From a bacterium (lineage in GTDB: Bacteria; Patescibacteriota; Minisyncoccia; UBA6257; JAGOQP01), in assembly GCA_021801825.1 (NCBI GenBank), contig JAJYXK010000013.1, positions 1 to 45,740 of the forward strand: a stretch of 45,740 nucleotides of DNA, written 5' to 3'. The position numbers and the translations under genes are program-made. The notes under the pieces are model-generated. The model was given only the letters and a program-made list of their open reading frames with translations. It was not told the origin of the DNA and ran no database searches. This document shows positions 27,939-37,501 of the stretch, piece by piece. Each line of letters begins with the position of its first letter. Position 1 is the stretch's first letter.

Positions 27939-29867
27939 TTACTTAAACAATCGTAAACCATTTAAAATTACAAGGATCGCCACGCCAGTATCTGCGGCTA
28001 TTGCGATACCAAGATTCGATATGCCAAAGATTGCCAGGACGACAAAGGCTACTTTTGCGATAAGTGCCGCGGTTACGTTTTGTTTTACGACACGCAAAGA
28101 TTTGTGACCCAGTTCAACCACTTGGGGAATGTTTGAGATATTATCATTCATGAGAGCGATGTCGGCAGTCTCTATGGCGACATCTGAACCTTTAGTACCC
28201 ATAGCAATACCAACGTTTGAAAGCGCGAGCGATGGAGCATCATTCACACCGTCACCAACCATCGCAACCGAACCATATGTATCCCTAAGCATTTGAATTC
28301 TCTTAACCTTTTCATCAGGCAGAAGTGATCCGTATGCCTCCGATATGCCGAGTTCTTTTGCCACGTACGAAGCGGTGTGCTGGTTGTCGCCGGTTAGCAT
28401 TACTGTCTTTACGCCCAACTCACCTAATCGTTTGATCGTCTCTTTTGATCCGTCCCTAACTTTATCGGCGACAGCCAAAGCCCCCATGACCTGCTTTCCT
28501 TCACTTACCAAAATAAATGTTTTACCTTCTCGCTCCAGCATTTCTGTTTTTTCAATAATTTCTTCGGTAGATATTCCGTGAGCGTCCAATAGTTTCAGGT
28601 TTCCTACGCAATGATCAAGATCATCGCATACCATGCACGTCGCCCTGCCACCCTTACCTGCGATATTCGTATAGTTCTGCATGCTATGGGGATTGATACC
28701 TTTTTTTTTGGCAAAACTTAAAATGCTTTTGGCGAGGGGGTGCGATGAGAATTGTTCAAGACCGGCCGCATCCTCAAGTACCTGTTCTTCAGTAAAGCCG
28801 TTGAATGTGATCACGTTGGAAATATACGGTTCACCCAGCGTGAGCGTACCGGTCTTGTCAAAAGCGATTGCGCGTATTTTTTTCAATTCTTCCAGATGTT
28901 TACCGCCTTTGATAAGCACTCCTTTCTTCGACGCCCCACCGATTGCGGATGTTATGGTGACCGGTGTTGAAATGACCAGGGCACAAGGACAAGCAATAAC
29001 TAGGAGAGTAATGGCGCGTTCAAGCCAGACCAAAAACGGATCGCCAATCAAAATGGGCACGCCTGCTCCAATAATAACCGCAAGAAATACGATGGAGGGC
29101 GTGTAGTATTTTGCAAAACTATCTATAAACTCCTGTGTCGGGGCTTTGGCCTTTTGTGCCCGTTCGACGAGGGAGACTATTTTTGAAAAAGTCGAGTTTT
29201 TGCTTTCTTTGGTGACTTCGATTTCGAGATACCCGTTTTCGTTGAGTGTTCCGGCAAAGACACTGTCTCCCACACGCTTGTCTTTGGGTATCGACTCTCC
29301 GGTAATAGTCGCCTCGTTGACCGCAGAGAGGCCTTTAGTGACCTTTCCATCGAGCGGAATAAGTTCGCCTGGACGCACCGATACCACCTGTCCGACTTTT
29401 ACATCAGCGACCGGCAGATTTGTGCCGTTCAAAAGAGTCGCCGTCTGTGGAGATTTGCGCATTAAAGCTTGCAGTGCCCGGCGTGACCGATTAATCCCAT
29501 ATTCCTCGAATGCTTCGGCGAGAGAAAAGAAAAAGACGACCGCCGCCGCCTCAGGCAGTTCGTTTAAATAAATTGCGCCAGTGGAAGCAATAACAACCAG
29601 TGCGTCGATATTAAGAAATCTCTGTTTGGCAATGCCTCTCCATGCGCCTTTTACGACATAAATACCTCCGGAGAGGATGGCAAGGTAATAAATGGCATTT
29701 ATGATCGATGACGATATGGAAAAGAAACTCAAAATAAAGCCGAGGACAACACAAACCCCTGCCACCTTTGTAAGGACTTTTTTCCAATTGAATTGTGGCG
29801 TGACTATCGAGGTTGCATTCTCTCGATCGCAGTGATCACACGCATCGTTTTTTTCTTCTTTTTGCAT
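27939..29867 (-). CDS. heavy-metal P1B-type ATPase (ZntA/CadA-like)
   Basis: TGES, CPCAL, DKTGT, HP, GDGVNDAP. Confidence 0.93.
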   Translation of the reverse strand: MQKEEKNDACDHCDRENATSIVTPQFNWKKVLTKVAGVCVVLGFILSFFSISSSIINAIYYLAILSGGIYVVKGAWRGIAKQRFLNIDALVVIASTGAIYLNELPEAAAVVFFFSLAEAFEEYGINRSRRALQALMRKSPQTATLLNGTNLPVADVKVGQVVSVRPGELIPLDGKVTKGLSAVNEATITGESIPKDKRVGDSVFAGTLNENGYLEIEVTKESKNSTFSKIVSLVERAQKAKAPTQEFIDSFAKYYTPSIVFLAVIIGAGVPILIGDPFLVWLERAITLLVIACPCALVISTPVTITSAIGGASKKGVLIKGGKHLEELKKIRAIAFDKTGTLTLGEPYISNVITFNGFTEEQVLEDAAGLEQFSSHPLAKSILSFAKKKGINPHSMQNYTNIAGKGGRATCMVCDDLDHCVGNLKLLDAHGISTEEIIEKTEMLEREGKTFILVSEGKQVMGALAVADKVRDGSKETIKRLGELGVKTVMLTGDNQHTASYVAKELGISEAYGSLLPDEKVKRIQMLRDTYGSVAMVGDGVNDAPSLALSNVGIAMGTKGSDVAIETADIALMNDNISNIPQVVELGHKSLRVVKQNVTAALIAKVAFVVLAIFGISNLGIAIAADTGVAILVILNGLRLFK

Positions 29868-29871
29868 ATAG

Positions 29872-30042
29872 TTATTGTTTTAATTCAGCTGTGTATGCCT
29901 GCCCTGATACGGTCTTGTCTTCGGTCTTCTGGTTATTTTCTTTCGCTTTGGACATATACCAGCCAAAGACAAGAAACAACGCAAACAAAACTACCGTGAT
30001 CGCAGCCTTCTTTGGTTCTATTTTATCAGAATGTTGATGCAT
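29872..30042 (-). CDS. small single-TM protein (56 aa, not in ORF track)
   Basis: MHQHSDKIEPKKAAITVVLFALFLVFGWYMSK...ELKQ*; fills the operon gap exactly. Confidence 0.65.
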   Translation of the reverse strand: MHQHSDKIEPKKAAITVVLFALFLVFGWYMSKAKENNQKTEDKTVSGQAYTAELKQ

Positions 30043-30054
30043 ATGTTTTTAATA

Positions 30055-30750
30055 TCACACCCTTATTTCTTTAACATTATTATTCATAATCTTTGAAACC
30101 AGTCCTTGATAAATTATTTTTTTGATACCTTTCAGATTTGCGCCATGCTTGTTATAGAAGTCGTCGGGCGAATCAAAAATGCCGTAATCTTTTGCGATGC
30201 CCTCGCTCTGAATGAAAGTATCACATTCGTTCCACTTAATCTGCAGATTGTTAAAATCTTTCACATCAACACCGAATCCGCAAAAGGCCCCCTTGGCGTC
30301 TCTGAATTTTGACTTGAGACCTTTAAGATAACCAGCATCCAATATCAGTCCTTCCAGGCTGTACCATTTTTCATTGAAATAGACTTCAACCCAGCTGTGA
30401 ATGATTTCCTTCGGGGCAATGAAATAAGCAAGGCCGTTGATCAATCCTTTTTGCAGTCTTTTATGAATTGCAAATCCGTGGAACCTGCACGGAACTCCAA
30501 CAGCCCTTAGCAAGGCCATGAACAGCGTGCTCTTGGTATTACACTGGCCAAGTCCGTCTGCCAGTACATCTGAAGCTTTGATGTCGTCGGATTTATTGTA
30601 TCCGAACTGAACATCATTCTGTACATAATCATAAATCTTGGCGATCTTATTTTTTTGATCAAGGTTACGCCAGCCTTTCTGATCGATAAGATCAGAAATA
30701 GCCTTGCTCTCGAAATCAAGAATTTTTGTTTTCTGGATATACTTGTTCAT
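30055..30750 (-). CDS. transglutaminase-like protein
   Basis: GQCNTKS Cys and HSWVEV His motifs. Confidence 0.85.
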   Translation of the reverse strand: MNKYIQKTKILDFESKAISDLIDQKGWRNLDQKNKIAKIYDYVQNDVQFGYNKSDDIKASDVLADGLGQCNTKSTLFMALLRAVGVPCRFHGFAIHKRLQKGLINGLAYFIAPKEIIHSWVEVYFNEKWYSLEGLILDAGYLKGLKSKFRDAKGAFCGFGVDVKDFNNLQIKWNECDTFIQSEGIAKDYGIFDSPDDFYNKHGANLKGIKKIIYQGLVSKIMNNNVKEIRV

Positions 30751-30777
30751 AATTTTGCAAACTACTTAAGTACTAAA

Positions 30778-31542
30778 TTAACGCGTAGTCGACTTAGGCG
30801 CCTTAGAAATCGCAGATTGTATCAATGTCTTAAAATCTTCATAGCCGCGCGGATTTTCGATCTTCTCGCCATTCAGAAAAAATGAGGGCGTGCCCTGAAG
30901 ATTGAGTTTTTGTCCTGACCCGCGATCTCGTTCTATGCGGTCTTTTAATTCTTGCGATGCAATATCCTTGCCATACTGATCCATACCAAGTCCGATTTGT
31001 CGGGCGTAGTTTTCAAAAATCTTGGGATCAGGCGCCTGCTTTTCACCCCAGTCTCTCTGGTTCTCAAAAACAATATTATGCATCTCCCAATATTTTCCCT
31101 GTCGACCGGCCGCTTCCACGGCAAGTGCCGAGGTCATACTGTTTTTATGGCCTGGCAAGGGGAAATATCTGTTGATAAATCGTACTTCGTTGCCGAATTC
31201 TTCAGCTAAACGCTTCACGACAGGATAATACGCACCGCAAGCTTCGCATTCAAAATCAAGATATTCCACAACGGTAACGGGCGCATTTTTGTTTCCTTTT
31301 GTCCAATCATCTGCGACAGCTGTGAGCAATTCGCTGGTTGGAACTACCGGTCTGCCCGAGACGTACCAGAATATTCCGCCAATTGATCCAGCAATAATAA
31401 GTATGATCGCGAACCGTTTCGTCCACTTCTTTACTGCTTTCGACCGCTCCCGCACCTGTTCTTCTTTAGCTTTCTCTTGCTGCCGTAATTCTTTCCGCTC
31501 TCGCTTGGTAAGTATCTGGTTGTTTTGCTCGTTTGGTTCCAT
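30778..31542 (-). CDS. membrane-anchored DsbA-family thioredoxin
   Basis: TM anchor, DFECEAC, GTP cis-Pro loop. Confidence 0.9.
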   Translation of the reverse strand: MEPNEQNNQILTKRERKELRQQEKAKEEQVRERSKAVKKWTKRFAIILIIAGSIGGIFWYVSGRPVVPTSELLTAVADDWTKGNKNAPVTVVEYLDFECEACGAYYPVVKRLAEEFGNEVRFINRYFPLPGHKNSMTSALAVEAAGRQGKYWEMHNIVFENQRDWGEKQAPDPKIFENYARQIGLGMDQYGKDIASQELKDRIERDRGSGQKLNLQGTPSFFLNGEKIENPRGYEDFKTLIQSAISKAPKSTTR

Positions 31543-31564
31543 GATATATCAATTAATGCCAAAT

Positions 31565-32641
31565 TTATTTAATAAGTTTTTCCGGTCCGACTGCCCGGTC
31601 ATACCTTCTGCCGTCAAACATAATGGTGGGTATTTTTATCGTTTTTATCTTATCCTCTACGATCTCTTTTTGATTAGCCAAACTCAATCGTACTTCTTCC
31701 GAATTGGCCATTTGCCGTATCTTGTCCCGATCTTCTTTTGAATACCCGATGTCTGCCAACCACGAGAGAATCATATCCTCGGCCTCTGTCGAGGTGTAAA
31801 TCGTATTGAACTTGATTTGGTAAACAACATTATCAATATCTTTTCCGGTAAAGATTTTTTCCAGAATCTGCCAGTCTGCTGGCACGTTCGCCGAAGCCAA
31901 CGGAAAACGCTTTACCGCTTCTAAGTACGAAGCGACCATTTTTGAATGAGGAAAACGATATCCGTTTGCCTGTTTTGTATCGGGTATCGGGTATACCAAA
32001 TAGGTAAGGTTATATCTGTCGGCAAAGCCTGTGTCCTTGATGTTGCCGAACAGTTTGGCGCAAAATTTACAGCTTGGATCTACTATCTCAAGCGCAACAG
32101 TTTTACTAGAATCATAGGGTTTGTAGTAAGAATTTGATTCAGAGATAAATTCATTCGGATTCCATTCTTTGAATCGATTCGGAATCATTGTGATTGTTTC
32201 TCCAAGAGTAAGAACACCGTCTTTTGCCCAGGTGAATACTTGCCCTTCTTTCAGAGAAACCCAAAAGCTAGGTTTCCCAGAGTTTATTCCACACCCACCA
32301 CCGCCAAGTGAACATGATTCTGGGTTATTGGGGTTGCAAGTGTCATAAACTAAGAGATTGAGACCGCTGTTCAATACTATAAGAAGGCTCCACACGCTTA
32401 GAATTACAAAAACCGAAGCAAAAACCCCGATCCAGCGGTCGAGGAATCTGGCCAAACGCGGTTTGGTGATAATGAATCTTCTCAAAAGTTTGGCCTTGGC
32501 TTCTTCCTGAAAATTAATATCGCACGGCCTGAAGGTCATTTTTCGAAGCGTACACTTCCATGCTTTCTTCGCCAAAGACCGGTAGCTGGCCGAAAAGACG
32601 CCAAGGATTGCAAAAATGATAAATGCCGCAATGCAAAACAT
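31565..32641 (-). CDS. membrane protein with thioredoxin-like CxxC domain
   Basis: N-terminal TMs, Cys-rich linker, DPSCKFC, KIPTIMF. Confidence 0.7.
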   Translation of the reverse strand: MFCIAAFIIFAILGVFSASYRSLAKKAWKCTLRKMTFRPCDINFQEEAKAKLLRRFIITKPRLARFLDRWIGVFASVFVILSVWSLLIVLNSGLNLLVYDTCNPNNPESCSLGGGGCGINSGKPSFWVSLKEGQVFTWAKDGVLTLGETITMIPNRFKEWNPNEFISESNSYYKPYDSSKTVALEIVDPSCKFCAKLFGNIKDTGFADRYNLTYLVYPIPDTKQANGYRFPHSKMVASYLEAVKRFPLASANVPADWQILEKIFTGKDIDNVVYQIKFNTIYTSTEAEDMILSWLADIGYSKEDRDKIRQMANSEEVRLSLANQKEIVEDKIKTIKIPTIMFDGRRYDRAVGPEKLIK

Positions 32642-32644
32642 GTT

Positions 32645-33841
32645 CTATGAGTTAGCTATGATTGTTTGTAGGGTTTTTACGAATGATTCGACCTGTTCTT
32701 TCGTGTTGTTGAGACCAAGGGAAACTCGCACCAGGGGTGGATATTTTTTTAGATTCTTCAGATAATAGTGACAGCAGAAATAACCACTCCTCACCATCAT
32801 TTTTTGTGCGGAGAGGAAAATGGCCAGCCTATGAGAGTCAATCTTCTCCGAGTAGAAACTTAAGATCAGACTTGGGGAATTGTTTATAAGTTTCAATGAT
32901 GGAATGCGAGACATTTCTTCGAATAGGAATTGTGCAAGCTCTTCTTGATGAACATACGCAGGCATACCTTCAGGCTTGTAGCTTTTAAGCCAATCCAAGG
33001 ATGCTCCTAAACCTATGATGCCCGCGAAATTCTGCAGACCAATTTCCAGCCGACTACTCAAGTCGTCCGGATCGGATATGAGCTGGAAACTTTCAGCTTC
33101 TACATCTTCCACCATGCCCCCGCCTATGAACCCGATGTCGAGCAAAGTCAGAAGGGATTTTTTGATAACAATTACTCCAATACTGGGACCGTACATCTTG
33201 TGGCCGGAAAAGAACAATGCGTCAAAATCGCTTTCACGTATTACTTTCTGGTCATGGCTCATGCTTTGAGCGGCATCAACAAGCACTATTCCGCCCGTTT
33301 TGTGGACATCAGAGGCGATTTCTTTCAGATTAGTCAGCTCACGTCCATCAATGTTGGACATGCTGTTTAGAACCACGATCGCACCCGCGACATCTTCTTT
33401 GTCATACGACAGCGATCCGTCGTCTCTACGCTCTAAGAGGACGCGTGGAATGTTCAGTCTTTTTGCGACGCTGATAGTCGGTAGAAAAACTGAATTGTGC
33501 TCGATGTCCGAAGTTATAATTTTCGTGAATTTCGGTGGCAACTGACCGAGTACCAAATTCAGGCCATATGTGGTGTTAAGCGTAAACGCCACCGCATATT
33601 CGGAAGCTGATTTACCTACGAAAGCGAGTACTTTCTTTCTCGTCTCTTTTATTTTTTCATCCAACTTTACGCCCCAGTCGTATTTTACCCGTCCTCCACA
33701 AGAATTGTATTCGTGGTAATACTCCGACATCGCATCTATTACTTGCTCCGGACGCAATGTTTGGCAAGCCGAATCAAGATAGACAGTCTTACTGTCCAGA
33801 TATGAGAAGTCGAATGGGTTTTTATTTACTGATGATTGCAT
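32645..33841 (-). CDS. SufS-like cysteine desulfurase (class V PLP enzyme)
   Basis: YLDSAC, EHNS, DAAQ, SGHKM, RSGYFCCH; start at MQSS. Confidence 0.85.
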   Translation of the reverse strand: MQSSVNKNPFDFSYLDSKTVYLDSACQTLRPEQVIDAMSEYYHEYNSCGGRVKYDWGVKLDEKIKETRKKVLAFVGKSASEYAVAFTLNTTYGLNLVLGQLPPKFTKIITSDIEHNSVFLPTISVAKRLNIPRVLLERRDDGSLSYDKEDVAGAIVVLNSMSNIDGRELTNLKEIASDVHKTGGIVLVDAAQSMSHDQKVIRESDFDALFFSGHKMYGPSIGVIVIKKSLLTLLDIGFIGGGMVEDVEAESFQLISDPDDLSSRLEIGLQNFAGIIGLGASLDWLKSYKPEGMPAYVHQEELAQFLFEEMSRIPSLKLINNSPSLILSFYSEKIDSHRLAIFLSAQKMMVRSGYFCCHYYLKNLKKYPPLVRVSLGLNNTKEQVESFVKTLQTIIANS

Positions 33842-33843
33842 AA

Positions 33844-34638
33844 TTATTTTTCCTGCAACGCTTGCTCGATGAGTGCTTTCACTGAAGCGTAAGGCTGAGC
33901 ACCGTTTAGAGGGTACTTCTTGCCATTCTTGGCGACCACGATACTCCATGGCGTGCCATTGCCTCCCGTCGCTTGCGCGTTTTGAGCATCCTGCTCAACA
34001 TGCTGGGCGTACTTTCCACTATTTAAACAGGTGTTAAATTTGTTCACGTTGAGACCGACATATTGGGCGATTTTTGGAAGCTCTGCCGAATCAAGGCCGT
34101 TATTGGATGGCGTGACTTCATAGAGCCGATCAGTATACGCCCAGAATTTCTCCGATCCGCCTAATTCATTGGCGCACTCCAAAGCCTCCGCTTCTTTGGA
34201 AGCCTTGGTGTGCAGTTGTACTAACGGGAACTGGCGGTAAACCCATGCCACCTTGCCGCTTTTGCCATACTCATCCATGACTTGCTTCATGGTGTCATGG
34301 AAGCGTTTGCAGAACGGGCACTCGGTGTCCGAGTATTCTACGATATTAACCGGCGCATCCGGATTGCCGCGGATATGATCTTTTGCCGAGATTGCGGCCA
34401 TTTGATCTAGCGATCCGATGTCTTCCTGCGGAATTTGCTGATTCGCAATCTTATTATTCGCATTGTTCCCCGATACAGTCGGGGTAGCAGAATTTTTCCC
34501 TGACGAGTAAATTACTGCGCCAGCGATCAGCGCTCCGGCCACGACAATAGCCAAAGGAACCATGTATTTACTTGTTTGCGAAGAGATGACTTTGAGTTGT
34601 GATGATTCCGCTTCGTGATGTTGATGTTCTTCAGTCAT
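33844..34638 (-). CDS. membrane-anchored DsbA-family protein
   Basis: EYSDTECPFC, GTP, GAQP. Confidence 0.92.
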   Translation of the reverse strand: MTEEHQHHEAESSQLKVISSQTSKYMVPLAIVVAGALIAGAVIYSSGKNSATPTVSGNNANNKIANQQIPQEDIGSLDQMAAISAKDHIRGNPDAPVNIVEYSDTECPFCKRFHDTMKQVMDEYGKSGKVAWVYRQFPLVQLHTKASKEAEALECANELGGSEKFWAYTDRLYEVTPSNNGLDSAELPKIAQYVGLNVNKFNTCLNSGKYAQHVEQDAQNAQATGGNGTPWSIVVAKNGKKYPLNGAQPYASVKALIEQALQEK

Positions 34639-34671
34639 ATTTATAGTATTTATGGATTATTAATGAAATAC

Positions 34672-34730
34672 AAATAAAATAAACCGGCATTGAGACCAAA
34701 CCCGTATGCCAAAATACGGATCAGTGCCGG
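34672..34730 (-). terminator. terminator/attenuator-like hairpin
   Basis: Minus strand CCGGCACTGA...CCGTAT/ATACGG...TCAATGCCGG followed by TTTATTTT. Confidence 0.55.
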
Positions 34731-34742
34731 CTAAAAAATAGG

Positions 34743-35147
34743 TTAGTAAATTTTTGGGTTGAGAATTCCTTGCGCGAATGCAAGCTTCAGGTGATTGAAT
34801 AAAGAGAGTTCTGGATTTTGTATGTTATAAACATGTCCTATCGATGTGCCCTGAATATCAGATTTATTTCTTAAGCCCGACCCGAACACTACAACTAACA
34901 ACAATATGAATAGCAGAGAAATGACAGTAGAAACATTGGGTAAGGTTGTAGCAAGTATCTGCAGGGAACTTATATGTTCATAAACGGTTGGGCAACCTGT
35001 CTGTGCCTCGCTTATAGGACACTGGGTGGTTTGAGTCTTAAAATGATAGATCGTTTCTACCGATCCCCAGGAACAAGCAATACTAATAACGAAAGTTATT
35101 AGGACTAAAAAGAAAGCAAGTGATTTTATATGTTTGGCGATTCCCAT
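34743..35147 (-). CDS. small membrane protein heading the metal/redox operon
   Basis: Two hydrophobic segments, Cys/His loop, C-terminal FAQGILNPKIY. Confidence 0.7.
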   Translation of the reverse strand: MGIAKHIKSLAFFLVLITFVISIACSWGSVETIYHFKTQTTQCPISEAQTGCPTVYEHISSLQILATTLPNVSTVISLLFILLLVVVFGSGLRNKSDIQGTSIGHVYNIQNPELSLFNHLKLAFAQGILNPKIY

Positions 35148-35262
35148 AGATTCTAAAATTTTAGCATAATTTATGCCCTTTAGGAAATTATCTATTATTA
35201 TTAAAACTTGTAGCTAGTAGCTTGAGGGTACTGCTCGCTGAATACAAAGAAGAATAACCCAG

Positions 35263-35399
35263 ATTTGCCATTTGTTTGCCCCTGGGGCGAGCGGTTGAGC
35301 CGAGGTGAGAGATTTGCACCGATCAGAAGCCCGAACCGAACGTAAACCATTTTTGCGACCGTAATGCGATTTGCTTAACTTTTCAAAAGTTAAGCAAAT
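35263..35399 (+). repeat. degenerate direct repeat, copy 2, ending in a 31-bp palindrome
   Basis: GTTTGCCCCTGGGGCGAGC ... ATTTGCTTAACTTTT-C-AAAAGTTAAGCAAAT (35369-35399). Confidence 0.6.
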
Positions 35400-35418
35400 T
35401 ATCACGAGTCATATTTGC

Positions 35419-35624
35419 TTAACCCTTTTCCTTTTTCGGCTCGGACATTAAATCAAAAATCTTTTTAGTCTCATTGATAATTTTTTCTCGCAATTTAATA
35501 TCTATAATCGCTCGCTCTAATACCTCCATAGCGTTTGATCCATCAATACCGTTTTGCTTGATTACTCTCGCAAGGTTAATATAGGCCACAAAGGCAAACC
35601 GCACGTACTCCTTATGCTTATATA
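35419..35624 (-). pseudogene. 3' fragment of IS-interrupted HEPN gene
   Basis: Removing the IS and one TATATA restores ...DFDLLY-KHKEYVRF... in frame. Confidence 0.85.
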
Positions 35625-36630
35625 CTATGAATAACGAAATGCATCTCGTAACATAATTTGATAAAATACAAGCGGCTCCTTTTGGAGCCGCTTGTATTAT
35701 GAACACCTTCTTAACAATCTACGACAAACTCAACACTATCGTATCACAGTTCTTCAAAACATTAAAATTCAAGGAGCGGGAACATTCCAAAGGTCGGAAA
35801 CCAATACTCAAAAATTCCGAAGCGGTCACGGCTGTCATTTTCTGGAGGAGACAGAACATCGGCAGTAAGAAGTCTCTATACGAAATTCTAGAACCTTCGA
35901 TGTCTTACAACCGCTTTGTTGTGGCCCTAAACAAAACGGCAAAATATCTGGCGACAATTATCACGGCTGTCATGAAATTTCTCCGCAAAAACGCTCATTT
36001 GGTTAAATTTACAGATTCAACCGAGCTTCCTGTCTGTCTCAATAAAAACGCAAAACAGCATAAGACTATGAGAGGACTGTCGGCTAAATCCAAAAGTTCC
36101 AAAGGTTGGTTCTATGGCTTAAAACTTCACCTTTCGGCTGACTGCCAAGGAAAAGTTTTGGCGATAAAGTTCACACCGGGCAATTCTAATGATAGGAGCA
36201 TATTCAAAAAAATGAACGACAAACAGAGAGGGTTATTCGTAGCCGACGCGGGCTATGTGTCTGAAGAGCTTGAGCGAGATTTTTTCATTGAACATGAACG
36301 ATTAGTCATTACTTGCCCGCGCAAGAATATGAAAAAACTTTCGGTTCCATGGCAAATCAGTCTCTTGAATTTGCGAATGAGAGTGGAGATTCACTTCCGC
36401 GTTCTCAAGGTTTGCTACGGACTGGTTACATCGCTTCCTCGTTCCATCGATGGTTACTTGACCCATTATATTGCCGCCATTGCTACCCATCTCATATCTT
36501 AATTATTGAAAGTTTCGGTTTTCCTTGCTGTTTCTTCCTTGAATCTTTAGTTTGAGCTTGTTTTTTTCAAAACCACAGACGGCTGTGGCGAGTTTAAAGT
36601 GTATTTAAAAACGCATTTCGTTATTCACAG
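35625..36630 (+). mobile_element. IS982-like insertion sequence, 1006 bp
   Basis: 18-bp terminal IRs CTATGAATAACGAAATGC / GCATTTCGTTATTCACAG (1 mismatch); TATATA duplicated on both sides (TSD boundary ambiguous because it is palindromic). Confidence 0.88.
35699..36502 (+). CDS. DDE transposase (IS982-like)
   Basis: DST.LPVC, GWFYGLKLH, ADAGY, R..VE. Confidence 0.88.
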   Translation: MNTFLTIYDKLNTIVSQFFKTLKFKEREHSKGRKPILKNSEAVTAVIFWRRQNIGSKKSLYEILEPSMSYNRFVVALNKTAKYLATIITAVMKFLRKNAHLVKFTDSTELPVCLNKNAKQHKTMRGLSAKSKSSKGWFYGLKLHLSADCQGKVLAIKFTPGNSNDRSIFKKMNDKQRGLFVADAGYVSEELERDFFIEHERLVITCPRKNMKKLSVPWQISLLNLRMRVEIHFRVLKVCYGLVTSLPRSIDGYLTHYIAAIATHLIS

Positions 36631-37501
36631 TATATAATAAGTCAAAGTCGGGAGTTGGAATGTTGTTGTATGCAGTGGGGCTTTCTTTTGCAATTTGTTC
36701 AAAAAATGAGCCATGTACGAATGCGCTTCTCGCTGAATATAATTCTTTTATGTCTTTTTCAACGTCGGGGAACCTCCAAGCAAGCAATGCGGCCATACGT
36801 TTACGTAAACGATACATAACTTCCTCATTACGAGCGTCACCGGCAGTAAAAAGAGCCTCAAGGATTGTCGCCATCTCTGCCGATTCTCTTTGCCAGCCAA
36901 ATGAACTTTTTGAATTCTCATAGTCTGACAATCCTGAATACAGGAAAGCGGCTACAAACAACCTCCAATCCTCTTTATTCCATGACTGAATACGATCTAA
37001 ATGCCAGCTACCATATTTTGATTGCTCATAAAGCGTCTTATAAAAATCTACAAAGTTTTTATTATTAAAGATTGAGTGGTTTTGATTGTGGAAGTAAATC
37101 ATAGGATCTTTACCGTGCGTCTGACGCATAATACCCATATCAGTTGCATGGAAAACGGGATAGAGAAAATTTGGAGAGTAAAGGTTTAGCAAAAATAACG
37201 TCTCGGCATAACTAAAACCGCCCTCTTCAAGGGTATTGGGAATAAGCAAACCCCATGAGCATTTTTCGTATTGCTTCTCAGTAATTCCAAATAAATCTTG
37301 TACATTATCCTCAATTTTGTAATTACGAAGTACATTATCATTTATCGGTGCTATTTTATTCTTTAATGCACCGACAAATTCATCTGTGGTAAATTTCTTG
37401 AGATTCCAAAGCTCATATCCATCTTTGAGCTCAAATAATTTAGTGTCCTCGTTTATGGGATTGCCAGTAAAGGCAAAAAACATTGTTGTTGCTCTAGCCA
37501 T
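36631..37501 (-). pseudogene. ApeA/HEPN-domain protein, 5' part, IS-disrupted
   Basis: 'LEALF...LYSARSAFVHG' RxxxxH HEPN motif; likely start MARATT at 37501. Confidence 0.75.

Noticed and set aside
35625-35706. N-terminus of the 95-aa minus-strand ORF
   Set aside because: Derived from IS sequence; the rest is the tail of the interrupted gene
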